A DNA stretch of 60,706 nucleotides from NCBI GenBank assembly GCA_034434915.1, contig DAOTYE010000021.1, forward strand, positions 1 to 60,706, in the 5' to 3' direction. Positions within the stretch are counted from its first letter, which is position 1, and every line of letters starts with the position of its first letter. The notes below the pieces were generated by a model, which was given only the letters and a program-made list of their open reading frames with translations, was not told the DNA's origin and made no database searches. Of the stretch, positions 10,293-18,747 are shown one piece after another. Source of the DNA: Dehalococcoidales bacterium (GTDB taxonomy: Bacteria; Chloroflexota; Dehalococcoidia; Dehalococcoidales; RBG-16-60-22). The position numbers and the translations under genes are program-made.

Positions 10293-10928
10293 ATGATAGA
10301 CATTCCCGCATTTTACAAAGCACTGCGCGCTATAGACGCTAACCAGACCCGGGCGCTGGTACAGGACTACCTGCAAAAGGGCTTCTCCGCCAGCCAGGTG
10401 CTCAATGAGGGACTCATCGGTGCGATGAACGTCATCGGCAAAGAGTTCAAAGCCAAAGACCTCTGGGTGCCGGATGTCCTCCTCGCCGCCCGCAACATGC
10501 ACAGTGGCATTGCGCTCTTAAAACCCATCCTTCAAAAGGACAGGTCCTCCTCAAAGGGCACGCTCGTCCTCGGCACGGTGTTCGGGGATATCCATGACAT
10601 CGGCAAAAACATTGTCGCCATCCTCGCTGAAGGCTCAGGTTTCACGGTGATAGACCTCGGCGTCAATGTCTCAGCAGAGGCCTTCGTTGATGCGGTAAAC
10701 AAACACAAACCTTCTGTGGTAGGGCTTTCCGCTCTGCTCACGACGACGATGCTTGAGATGGGCAATATCATTAAAGCGATTCGTGGTAGCGCTGGTAACT
10801 GCGCACCAAAAATCATTGTGGGCGGGGCTCCGGTGACCAGGAAATTCGCGGAAGAAATCGGAGCAGATGGCTACGGAGAAGACGCCACCTCAGGAGTTGA
10901 GCTTGCCCTGAGCTTCGCCAGCAAATAG
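10293..10928 (+). CDS. Corrinoid (cobalamin-binding) protein
   Basis: B12-binding motif GDIHDIGKNIV, SALLTTTM, VGGAPV, IGADGY; N-terminal cap domain. Confidence 0.95.
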   Translation: MIDIPAFYKALRAIDANQTRALVQDYLQKGFSASQVLNEGLIGAMNVIGKEFKAKDLWVPDVLLAARNMHSGIALLKPILQKDRSSSKGTLVLGTVFGDIHDIGKNIVAILAEGSGFTVIDLGVNVSAEAFVDAVNKHKPSVVGLSALLTTTMLEMGNIIKAIRGSAGNCAPKIIVGGAPVTRKFAEEIGADGYGEDATSGVELALSFASK

Positions 10929-10943
10929 AGGAGGAGGCAACCG

Positions 10944-11963
10944 ATGAGCGCTGAAAAAGAATTGACGCCACGCCGACGCTTTTTGTCCGGGCTGATGGGC
11001 GGCAGGAAAGGGAGGCGCATTTCTGTGGCTAACCCCACCTCAATCGCCTGCGTGGAGCTTATGGATAAGATGGGTGTCTATTTCCCGGAAGCCCATCTTG
11101 ATGCCCGCCAGATGGCAGAGCTGGCGAGTGGCGGCTATGAAGTGCTCGGCTTTGATACCATCATGCCGGAGTTCAGCGTCCAGCAGGAAGCCGCCGCGCT
11201 AGGCTGTGAGGTGGACTGGGGCAACAAAAACATGATGCCTGATGCGAAAACCCACCCTGTGAAAAAGCTGGAAGATGTGGCTATCCCGGAAAATATCCTT
11301 GAGAAACCGTCTATGAAGGTAGTGCTGGATGCCATCTCTCTCCTGCGCAGGGAATACGGGGACCGCGTGGCTATATTGGGCAAAGTCATGGGACCGTGGA
11401 CCATTTGCTATAACATGGTGGGGGTGCAGGACTTCCTCCTTATGGTCTATACTGACCCACAGACAGTAAAGGGCCTCCTTAAAGCCTATGAAGAGGTAAC
11501 TATCGCCTTCGCCAATGCCCAGCTCAGGGCAGGGGCAGACGCCGTGGTGCTCCCTGACCATGCCACCGGTGACCTGGTCAGCCCGCAGACCTACCAGGAA
11601 TTCCTGGTGCCCCTTCACCGTGAGATGCTCAGGCGGATTGGTGGTCCCACTATCCTTCATATCTGCGGCGACTGCTCTGACCGTCTCCACATTTTCGCAG
11701 AAGAAGATTATGACGCTTATCACTTTGAATGGCAGGTAGATGCTAAAAAGGCGGTGCCTATTTTTAAAGGCAAGATGTCACTCATTGGCAATATCAATAA
11801 TGCCACCTGTCTGCTCCGCGGCACGCCGGAAGACGTCCATAAACAGGCGCGCTATGCCATTGAAGCCGGGGTGGATGTTCTGGCGCCGGAGTGTGCCGTT
11901 CCTCTTCAGACGCCGCTGGAGAACCTCAAAGCTATCGTCGCCGCCGCTGAAGAGTATTATTGA
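10944..11963 (+). CDS. MtaA/CmuA family (URO-D fold) methyltransferase
   Basis: EAAALG..V.WG, GP.T, LHICG (Zn HxC), GNI, LAPEC..P..TP.ENL. Confidence 0.9.
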   Translation: MSAEKELTPRRRFLSGLMGGRKGRRISVANPTSIACVELMDKMGVYFPEAHLDARQMAELASGGYEVLGFDTIMPEFSVQQEAAALGCEVDWGNKNMMPDAKTHPVKKLEDVAIPENILEKPSMKVVLDAISLLRREYGDRVAILGKVMGPWTICYNMVGVQDFLLMVYTDPQTVKGLLKAYEEVTIAFANAQLRAGADAVVLPDHATGDLVSPQTYQEFLVPLHREMLRRIGGPTILHICGDCSDRLHIFAEEDYDAYHFEWQVDAKKAVPIFKGKMSLIGNINNATCLLRGTPEDVHKQARYAIEAGVDVLAPECAVPLQTPLENLKAIVAAAEEYY

Positions 11964-12010
11964 GCTAATTCAGCCACTCTGCTAAAATGATGAGATAGGA
12001 GGTGGACGCC

Positions 12011-12391
12011 ATGCCGAAGGAGATAGTGAAAACCACTGGCTCCGTGTCCGGCATCCCCATTTCTGCGGCTACTAAAGCTGGACCTTTTATCTTTGTCTCG
12101 GGACAGGTGGGTGCTGTTGATGACGCAGGCAATCCCATCCCCGGCGTTGAAGGTCAGACAAGGCGTCTCCTCACCACTATAAAAAAGATACTGCAAGCCG
12201 CCGGCGCGTCAATGGAAGACGTGGTGAAAACGACTGTCTTCCTGGTGAACGCTGATGACTTTGCCGCAATGAACAGGGTGTATAAGGAGTTTTTTCCCAG
12301 CGAGCCTCCTGCGCGCTCAACGATTATCGTCGCCGCGCTGGCAAAGCCGGAGTGGCTGGTGGAGATTGAAGCTATCGCCTATCGTCCGTAA
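12011..12391 (+). CDS. ridA: RidA family enamine/imine deaminase
   Basis: FVSGQ, VVKTTVFL...DF..MN.VY..FF...PPARS, VEIEAIA. Confidence 0.9.
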   Translation: MPKEIVKTTGSVSGIPISAATKAGPFIFVSGQVGAVDDAGNPIPGVEGQTRRLLTTIKKILQAAGASMEDVVKTTVFLVNADDFAAMNRVYKEFFPSEPPARSTIIVAALAKPEWLVEIEAIAYRP

Positions 12392-12507
12392 ACATGCCTC
12401 AGCAGGTACCAGCATAAATATAGATAGAAAGCCCTGAAATTCCCCCCTTTTACCGGTACAGCCCGCAGGGGGAAACTCTGGCTTAAAAAGAAAAGGAGAG
12501 TTGCTGA

Positions 12508-14001
12508 ATGAAAGGTACACCAACTAAGAATCCGGTCAGGATTACAGATTGCACCCTGCGTGACGGACACCAGTCCATCTTCGCCACCAGAATGCGCACT
12601 GAGGATATGGTGCCCATTGCCCCGGAGATGGATAAGGTGGGATTTTACTCCGTGGAAGTCTGGGGTGGCGCCACTTTTGATGTTGCCAGCCGCTTCCTCA
12701 ATGAAGACCCCTGGGAGCGGCCCCGCATTCTGAAGAAACTGATGCCCAATACACCCCTTCAGATGCTCTTGCGGGGGCAGAACCTCGTCGGCTACCGCAA
12801 TTATGCTGATGACGTGGTCACCGCATTTGTGCACCACGCCGCTGAATGTGGCATTGACATCTTCCGCATTTTTGACGCCCTCAATGATGAGCGCAACCTG
12901 GAGACCTCAACCAAAGCCGTCAAAGAGTGCGGTAAGCATGCCCAGCTTTCCATCTGCTACTCCCTCACCGAGCCCAAGATGGGCGGTCCCGTCTTTAATC
13001 TGGACTATTACATCGCCAAAGCTAAAATCCTGCAGGACATGGGCGCGGACAGCATCTGCATTAAGGACATGGCGGGCCTCATTGCCCCTGATGACGCTTA
13101 TACCCTCATATCCGCCCTGAAAAAGGTGGTCAAAGTCCCCCTGCAACTGCATACCCATTACACCAGCGGCATGGGCGCCATGTCATTGCTCAAAGCCATT
13201 GAGGCTGGGGTGGACATCATTGATGCCAATATCGCCCCATTCGCCTTGCGCACCTCTGAGCCGGCGGTAGAACCAATCCTCGCCGCCCTGCGCGGCACAC
13301 CCCGCGACCCCGGCATTGACCTGGAGCAACTGCTCAAGATTGGGGACTACCTGGAGTCCATTGCCCCCAAGTACCGTGACTTCCTTGACACCACCAGGCT
13401 GTCAGTCATTGATACCAATGTCCTCGTTCACCAGATTCCGGGCGGCATGATTTCAAACATGGTCTCCCAGCTCAAGCAGTCCAACGCCTTACACCGCATC
13501 AAGGAGGTTTATGAAGAGGTGCCCAGGGTGAGAAAAGAGCTGGGCTACCCGCCGCTGGTAACTCCCACCAGCCAGATTGTCGGCGTGCAGGCGGTGCAGA
13601 ACGTCATTGCCGGCAGATACAAGCTGGTTTCAACTCAGGTGATGGACTACTGTTACGGGCTCTATGGCAAGCCGCCCGCACCCATTGACCCGGAAATCCA
13701 GAAAATCTGCCTGAAGTATTATAAGAAAGGGCAGACGCCGGTCACCGTCCGTCCTGCCGACCTAATAGAGCCGGAGCTGGACAAAGCCAGGGAGGCAGTC
13801 AAAAGCTTTACTCAGGATATCGGCGATATTCTGACGGCAGCCATCTATCCCATCACCGGCTTGCGCTTCCTGAAATGGAAATACGGACTGGAGAAACCGC
13901 CGGCTGAGGTCAGAGCCAAGACCATTGAAGATATCAGGCGTGAGGATGAACTGATTGCCAAAGCGAAAGCCGGCAAACTTGTGGAAAGACCCTCTAACTA
14001 G
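12508..14001 (+). CDS. Pyruvate carboxylase subunit B / oxaloacetate decarboxylase alpha-like carboxyltransferase, lacking a biotin-carrier domain
   Basis: LRDGHQS, EVWGGATFD, IKDMAG, LHTH, HQIPGGM, PPLVTPTSQIVG; no AMKM biotinylation motif. Confidence 0.92.
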   Translation: MKGTPTKNPVRITDCTLRDGHQSIFATRMRTEDMVPIAPEMDKVGFYSVEVWGGATFDVASRFLNEDPWERPRILKKLMPNTPLQMLLRGQNLVGYRNYADDVVTAFVHHAAECGIDIFRIFDALNDERNLETSTKAVKECGKHAQLSICYSLTEPKMGGPVFNLDYYIAKAKILQDMGADSICIKDMAGLIAPDDAYTLISALKKVVKVPLQLHTHYTSGMGAMSLLKAIEAGVDIIDANIAPFALRTSEPAVEPILAALRGTPRDPGIDLEQLLKIGDYLESIAPKYRDFLDTTRLSVIDTNVLVHQIPGGMISNMVSQLKQSNALHRIKEVYEEVPRVRKELGYPPLVTPTSQIVGVQAVQNVIAGRYKLVSTQVMDYCYGLYGKPPAPIDPEIQKICLKYYKKGQTPVTVRPADLIEPELDKAREAVKSFTQDIGDILTAAIYPITGLRFLKWKYGLEKPPAEVRAKTIEDIRREDELIAKAKAGKLVERPSN

Positions 14002-14029
14002 GCAGTCAAGGGGCTGGAGGAGGTGAGCC

Positions 14030-14554
14030 ATGGAATGGCGGGAGCTGGTCATTGACGGGTACGTCAGGGTGCTTGACTCCCTGAAGGAATCACTGGCAGG
14101 ACTGACTCCTGAAGAGCTGAACAAACAGCCCAAACCCGATTGTAACAGCATGGGCTGGCTCGCCTGGCACATCTCGCGCATCCAAGACGCAGAAATAGCC
14201 AACCTCATGGGAGCAGACCAGCTCTGGATAAGCCAGAAGTGGCACGCCAAATTTAACCGCCCGCCTGACCCGGATGATACTGGCACGGGACAGACGAGCA
14301 AGCAGGTAGCCGCGTTCAAGTCTCCTGATGTTGAGACCCTGCTGGACTACTACTATGCGGTAGCGGAAAGGACAAAGAAATACATCCGCTCCCTCACTGG
14401 GGAAGAACTTGACCGGAAGCTGGATGAACCCTACCAGCCACCGCCAACGGTGGGCGTACGCCTGGTGAGCGTTCTGGCGGACAATCTCCAGCATGCCGGC
14501 GAAATCGCCTATGTGCATGGCTTGATTAAAGGCAAGGGGTGGCTGGGGTATTAG
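14030..14554 (+). CDS. DinB family protein
   Basis: NSMGWLAWH...QD and D..QH.GEI motifs. Confidence 0.85.
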   Translation: MEWRELVIDGYVRVLDSLKESLAGLTPEELNKQPKPDCNSMGWLAWHISRIQDAEIANLMGADQLWISQKWHAKFNRPPDPDDTGTGQTSKQVAAFKSPDVETLLDYYYAVAERTKKYIRSLTGEELDRKLDEPYQPPPTVGVRLVSVLADNLQHAGEIAYVHGLIKGKGWLGY

Positions 14555-14598
14555 TCAGCCTCTTATCTATACCTTTCACACAGGGTGGCAGTAAACTT

Positions 14599-17500
14599 AT
14601 GAGTTTTTATCTGGGAGTAGATATCGGCTCGGTCAATGCCAAGCTGGCGCTTGTTGCTGAGAGCGGGAACCTGGTTTGCCTGGACATTGAGCGGATAACG
14701 GCAAATCCCCGGACTGCGGTGAACTCTCTGCTCACGCGCCTCAGCCGGAAATTCCCCTTTGAGCAGATTAAAGGCGCCGGCGTCTCAGGCTCAGGGAAAG
14801 GCATCATCCCCCCAGATTTCAAATGGTCTGAGTACAGCAGTTCTCTCGCCATTGCTTACGGACTGCTCCAGCAATATGGCGCAGTGAAGACCGTTATCCA
14901 GATTGGCGGGCAGACATCTCTGGTCATCGTCCTTGAGGATGGGCTGACCAAGCCCTGGAAAGTTGCCTCCAATCCCCTCTGCGCCGCCGGCACCGGCAGG
15001 TTTCTGGAACAGCAGGCTTATAGACTTGGCATCAGCATGGCTGACTTCTCCCGGATTGCTCTCACCTGCCAGGGACCGGCACCCCGCATCGCCGCACGGT
15101 GCAGTGTCTTCGCCAAGAGTGACCTCATCCACCTCCAGCAGAAAGGAGCGCCGCTGGAAGCCATGCTCTACGCCCTCTGTGAAAGCATCGCCCGCATGGT
15201 GGCTTCCCTGCATAAAGGGACATTCGCCGAGCCGATTTATTTTGTGGGCGGCGTAGCGGCGAACGCCGCCATCGTGAAGGCGCTTAATGAAGCTATCTCC
15301 GCCCGCAACGGGTACCAGATGAATGTTACCGTCCCGGAGCATTTCCAGCATATAGAATCAATCGGCGCGGCACTGCTGTCGCGCGGCAAGGCATCTTCAG
15401 TAAATTTCTTGCCTGAGTCAGGTGCCCGCCAGCACTACTTTGAGGCGCCGAAGCTGGAAACAGTCACAGTTCCGGGCAATGGCGGTAGTCCGGGCATTAA
15501 AGAGCCTTGCACCGGCTACCTGGGCGTGGATGTGGGCTCAACCAGCACTAAAGCAGTCATCATGGACGCCTCAGGCAAGACAATCCTGGCGAAGAACTAC
15601 CTCATGACCGCCGGGCGGCCCATTGACGCGGTCAGGGAAGTCTTCCGCAACCTGCTCGCGCTGGGCGCAGACAAAGTGACCATCAAAGGTGTGGGGGTGA
15701 CCGGCTCGGGGAGGTATCTGGTCGGCAGTTTCATCGGCGCTGACCTAATCAAAAATGAAATCACCGCCCAGACCCGCGCCGCCGCAGAGATTGACCCGGA
15801 GGCTGATATCATTGAAATCGGCGGGCAGGACTCAAAGCTGGTCATCAAGCGCAACGGCGTGGTGATTGACTACCAGATGAATAAAGCCTGCGCCGCTGGG
15901 ACGGGGAGCTTCATTGATGAGCTGGCGGAGATGCTCAATGTCCCGGTGAAGAACGGCGAGTTTGCCAGGCTTGCCTTCAGGGCGCCTTACACCATTGACC
16001 TGGGCACGCGCTGTGCCGCCTTCATGGGGCAGGCAGTCCCATCTGCCCAGCAGGATGGCGTCCCGCTGGAAGTCATCACCGCCAGCCTTGCTAACTCCAT
16101 TGCCCGGAACTACCTCTCCAAAGTGGTGGGAAACCGCAAGCTGGGCAACAAAGTCATCCTCACCGGCGCCGTGTTCTATAACCAGGCGGTGGTCTCCGCC
16201 TTCCAGCAACAGCTTAAAGGCAAAAAGCTGATTGTGGCGGAACACCGGGAGGTCAGCGGCGCCATCGGGGCGGCGCTCCTGGCAAAAGAGGCTTCTTCCG
16301 GTCAGACGTCAAAATTCAGGGGTTTTCAAACCGTAATTGACAGCGAATGCCGTCTCTCCACCTTTATCTGCAAAGGTTGCGATAACAACTGCACCATCAC
16401 CCGTATGCAGACTGATGAAAACAGGTCCACCTTTTACGGTAGCAGGTGTGATAAATACGATAGCACCATCAGCCAGGAGCGGCGCGAGACGTTCTTTGAT
16501 GAGAGAGAGAAACTCCTCTTCCGCAATTATCAAGAAGGAACCGGCACTGGGCTGGCAGTAGGCATCCCACGGGCTCTGCTCACCTATGATTACGCCCCGC
16601 TGCTCATCAGCTTCCTTAATACCCTCGGTGTGAAGACTGTCCTCTCCAGCAAAACGACCAAGGAAATTATGGAGCAGTCCGCAGAGCTGAGCTACACTGA
16701 TAGCTGTTTCCCGTTGAAGCTTGTTCACGGGCACATTGCTTCACTGAAAAATAAAGCGGATTATATCCTTTATCCCAGCTTCATCAGGCTCGGCATGAAA
16801 GATGGTGATGAAAACCAGAAATATGCCTGCCCTCTGGTGCAGGCATCGCCGTTCATCGTGCGGCAGGTGCTGAATCTCGGCGAGAAACTGCTATCGCCCA
16901 TCATTGACCTGAGCCGCGGCAGTGAAGAAACAGTCAGCAATCTGACTGACGTTGCCACCGCGCTGGGATTTAGCCGCAATCTGGGCAGACAGGCGGCACT
17001 AGCCGGACTGGAAGCACAACAAAGATTTGAAACTGACCGCGCCACGCTGGGGGATAAGCTTCTTAAAGAGTTGCACGCAAGCGGCAAGCTGGGCGTGGTT
17101 ATCATCTCCCGCGCCTATATGTCCCAGGACTCCGGAGCTAACCTGGGCATCGCGGAAAAGCTGGCTCAGCTGGGCGTGGTGCCCATACCGCTTGACTTTT
17201 TGCCCCTCAACACCATCAACCCCAAAGAATATTCTGACCGCCCTTACTGGTCATACGAAAGCAAATTCATTGCCGCCGCCGCCATCACTGCCCGGGACCC
17301 GCAGTTGTATGCCCTTGCCCTCACTAACTTCGGCTGTGGACCAAACTCGTTTATTCTCAAACTGCTGACGGACATCATGGGCGGCAAACCAATGGGACAG
17401 CTGGAAATTGACGAGCACGCCGCTGAAGCGGGCATCGTCACCCGCCTGGAAGCGTTTGTTGATACCATTAAAGGCTTCTCCCGCGGGACTAAAACCGCGG

Positions 17501-18729
17501 AATTACCGCGTGAGAAAATATACCGCGGCGCGTCACCGGTCATTAATACCCAAAAGACCCTGTTCATCCCTTACATGGCACCTCATGCAGAAGCAGTGGC
17601 GGCGGCGGCTGAAGCCTGCGGGGTCAAAGCCGTGGCTCTTCCTGAGCCTGATGAGCGTGACCTGCTCTACAGCAATCAGGTAACTGAGGGCACAGAGTGC
17701 CTGCCTTACCGTGTTACGCTGGGCAGTTTCATGCGCCTCTACTATGAGAATGGCATTGACCTGAAGAATGCGGAGGCACTCATGACCGGCTCCTATGGTC
17801 CCTGCCGCCTGGGGAAATATGCCATTGAGCAGGGACGCATCCTGAGAGAGATTGGCTTTAACATACCAATCCGCACCACCGTATCCAATAACGCCTACCG
17901 CGATTTGAATCTGGGTCCGGCGTTTGAGCGGCTTTCCTGGAAGGGCATTGTGGCAGTGGACTACCTGGAAAAGCTCCTCTGGCGCACGCGCCCTTATGAA
18001 AAGCATAAGGGTGATGCTGACCGGCTGTTCAGCGAATACCTGAAGGACATCGTCAACTGCATCCGTAGGAAAGAGCGCCTCTCTGAAGTGCTGAGAAAAG
18101 CGGTCGCTGAATTTGATGCGCTCATTGACCGCACTCAGCCCAAACGCCCCCTCGTCGGCATTAACGGGGAGATTTTCCTCCGCTCAAATCGCTTCAGCAA
18201 TAACAACCTGGTCAAGGTATGTGAAACGGCCGGGCTGGAGGTGGTCGTCTCGCCAATTAGCGAATGGATAAACTACACAGCATACCGCAATCTGGAGGAC
18301 GCCGTTAAGTTCCGCGATGTGAAGAAAATGGTGCGGAGCTACATTAAAAAGCTCATCCAGCACCATGATGAGCATCAGATTAGCCGCTTCTACGGCGATT
18401 CTCTCAACAGCAGAGAGCCGTCCACCCCTGAACTGCTGGCGAAATCAGCAGAATACCTCTCCCCGCGCTGTGGCAGTGAAGCCGTCCTCAGCATCGGCAG
18501 CGGGGTGAAGTGGCTGGAATCACCAGAGTTTGCCGGGGTCATCTCAGTCATGCCCCACGGGTGTATGCCTGGCGGCATTGTGGCGGCGATGGCGGACAAT
18601 TTCAGCGCCATCTATCACAAGCCCTGGATTAGCCTGACCTATGATGGCATCCTGGAGACCAATAACACCACCCGGGTGAATAACTTTGCGGAAATCATCA
18701 AGTTCTGCCGCCAGGAAACCAGGAAATAG
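14599..18729 (+). CDS. Multidomain acyl-CoA dehydratase activase-like protein (two BcrAD/BadFG ATPase domains + DUF2229 + dehydratase-like C-terminus)
   Basis: GVDIGS and GVDVGSTSTK, IGGQ(T/D)S twice, CAAGTG twice, RC.VFA / RCAAFM, CFPLKL.HG, CPLVQ, FGCGP, P.GC.PG. Likely start 14599; ORF track start is 14539. Confidence 0.9.
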   Translation: MSFYLGVDIGSVNAKLALVAESGNLVCLDIERITANPRTAVNSLLTRLSRKFPFEQIKGAGVSGSGKGIIPPDFKWSEYSSSLAIAYGLLQQYGAVKTVIQIGGQTSLVIVLEDGLTKPWKVASNPLCAAGTGRFLEQQAYRLGISMADFSRIALTCQGPAPRIAARCSVFAKSDLIHLQQKGAPLEAMLYALCESIARMVASLHKGTFAEPIYFVGGVAANAAIVKALNEAISARNGYQMNVTVPEHFQHIESIGAALLSRGKASSVNFLPESGARQHYFEAPKLETVTVPGNGGSPGIKEPCTGYLGVDVGSTSTKAVIMDASGKTILAKNYLMTAGRPIDAVREVFRNLLALGADKVTIKGVGVTGSGRYLVGSFIGADLIKNEITAQTRAAAEIDPEADIIEIGGQDSKLVIKRNGVVIDYQMNKACAAGTGSFIDELAEMLNVPVKNGEFARLAFRAPYTIDLGTRCAAFMGQAVPSAQQDGVPLEVITASLANSIARNYLSKVVGNRKLGNKVILTGAVFYNQAVVSAFQQQLKGKKLIVAEHREVSGAIGAALLAKEASSGQTSKFRGFQTVIDSECRLSTFICKGCDNNCTITRMQTDENRSTFYGSRCDKYDSTISQERRETFFDEREKLLFRNYQEGTGTGLAVGIPRALLTYDYAPLLISFLNTLGVKTVLSSKTTKEIMEQSAELSYTDSCFPLKLVHGHIASLKNKADYILYPSFIRLGMKDGDENQKYACPLVQASPFIVRQVLNLGEKLLSPIIDLSRGSEETVSNLTDVATALGFSRNLGRQAALAGLEAQQRFETDRATLGDKLLKELHASGKLGVVIISRAYMSQDSGANLGIAEKLAQLGVVPIPLDFLPLNTINPKEYSDRPYWSYESKFIAAAAITARDPQLYALALTNFGCGPNSFILKLLTDIMGGKPMGQLEIDEHAAEAGIVTRLEAFVDTIKGFSRGTKTAELPREKIYRGASPVINTQKTLFIPYMAPHAEAVAAAAEACGVKAVALPEPDERDLLYSNQVTEGTECLPYRVTLGSFMRLYYENGIDLKNAEALMTGSYGPCRLGKYAIEQGRILREIGFNIPIRTTVSNNAYRDLNLGPAFERLSWKGIVAVDYLEKLLWRTRPYEKHKGDADRLFSEYLKDIVNCIRRKERLSEVLRKAVAEFDALIDRTQPKRPLVGINGEIFLRSNRFSNNNLVKVCETAGLEVVVSPISEWINYTAYRNLEDAVKFRDVKKMVRSYIKKLIQHHDEHQISRFYGDSLNSREPSTPELLAKSAEYLSPRCGSEAVLSIGSGVKWLESPEFAGVISVMPHGCMPGGIVAAMADNFSAIYHKPWISLTYDGILETNNTTRVNNFAEIIKFCRQETRK

Positions 18730-18747
18730 CCTCTATTTTGGTGAAAC

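Noticed and set aside
12392-12507. Riboswitch in the leader of the PycB-like gene (TTCCCCC...GGGGGAA stem)
   Set aside because: A single stem with no recognisable aptamer consensus; an Rfam/Infernal scan would be needed
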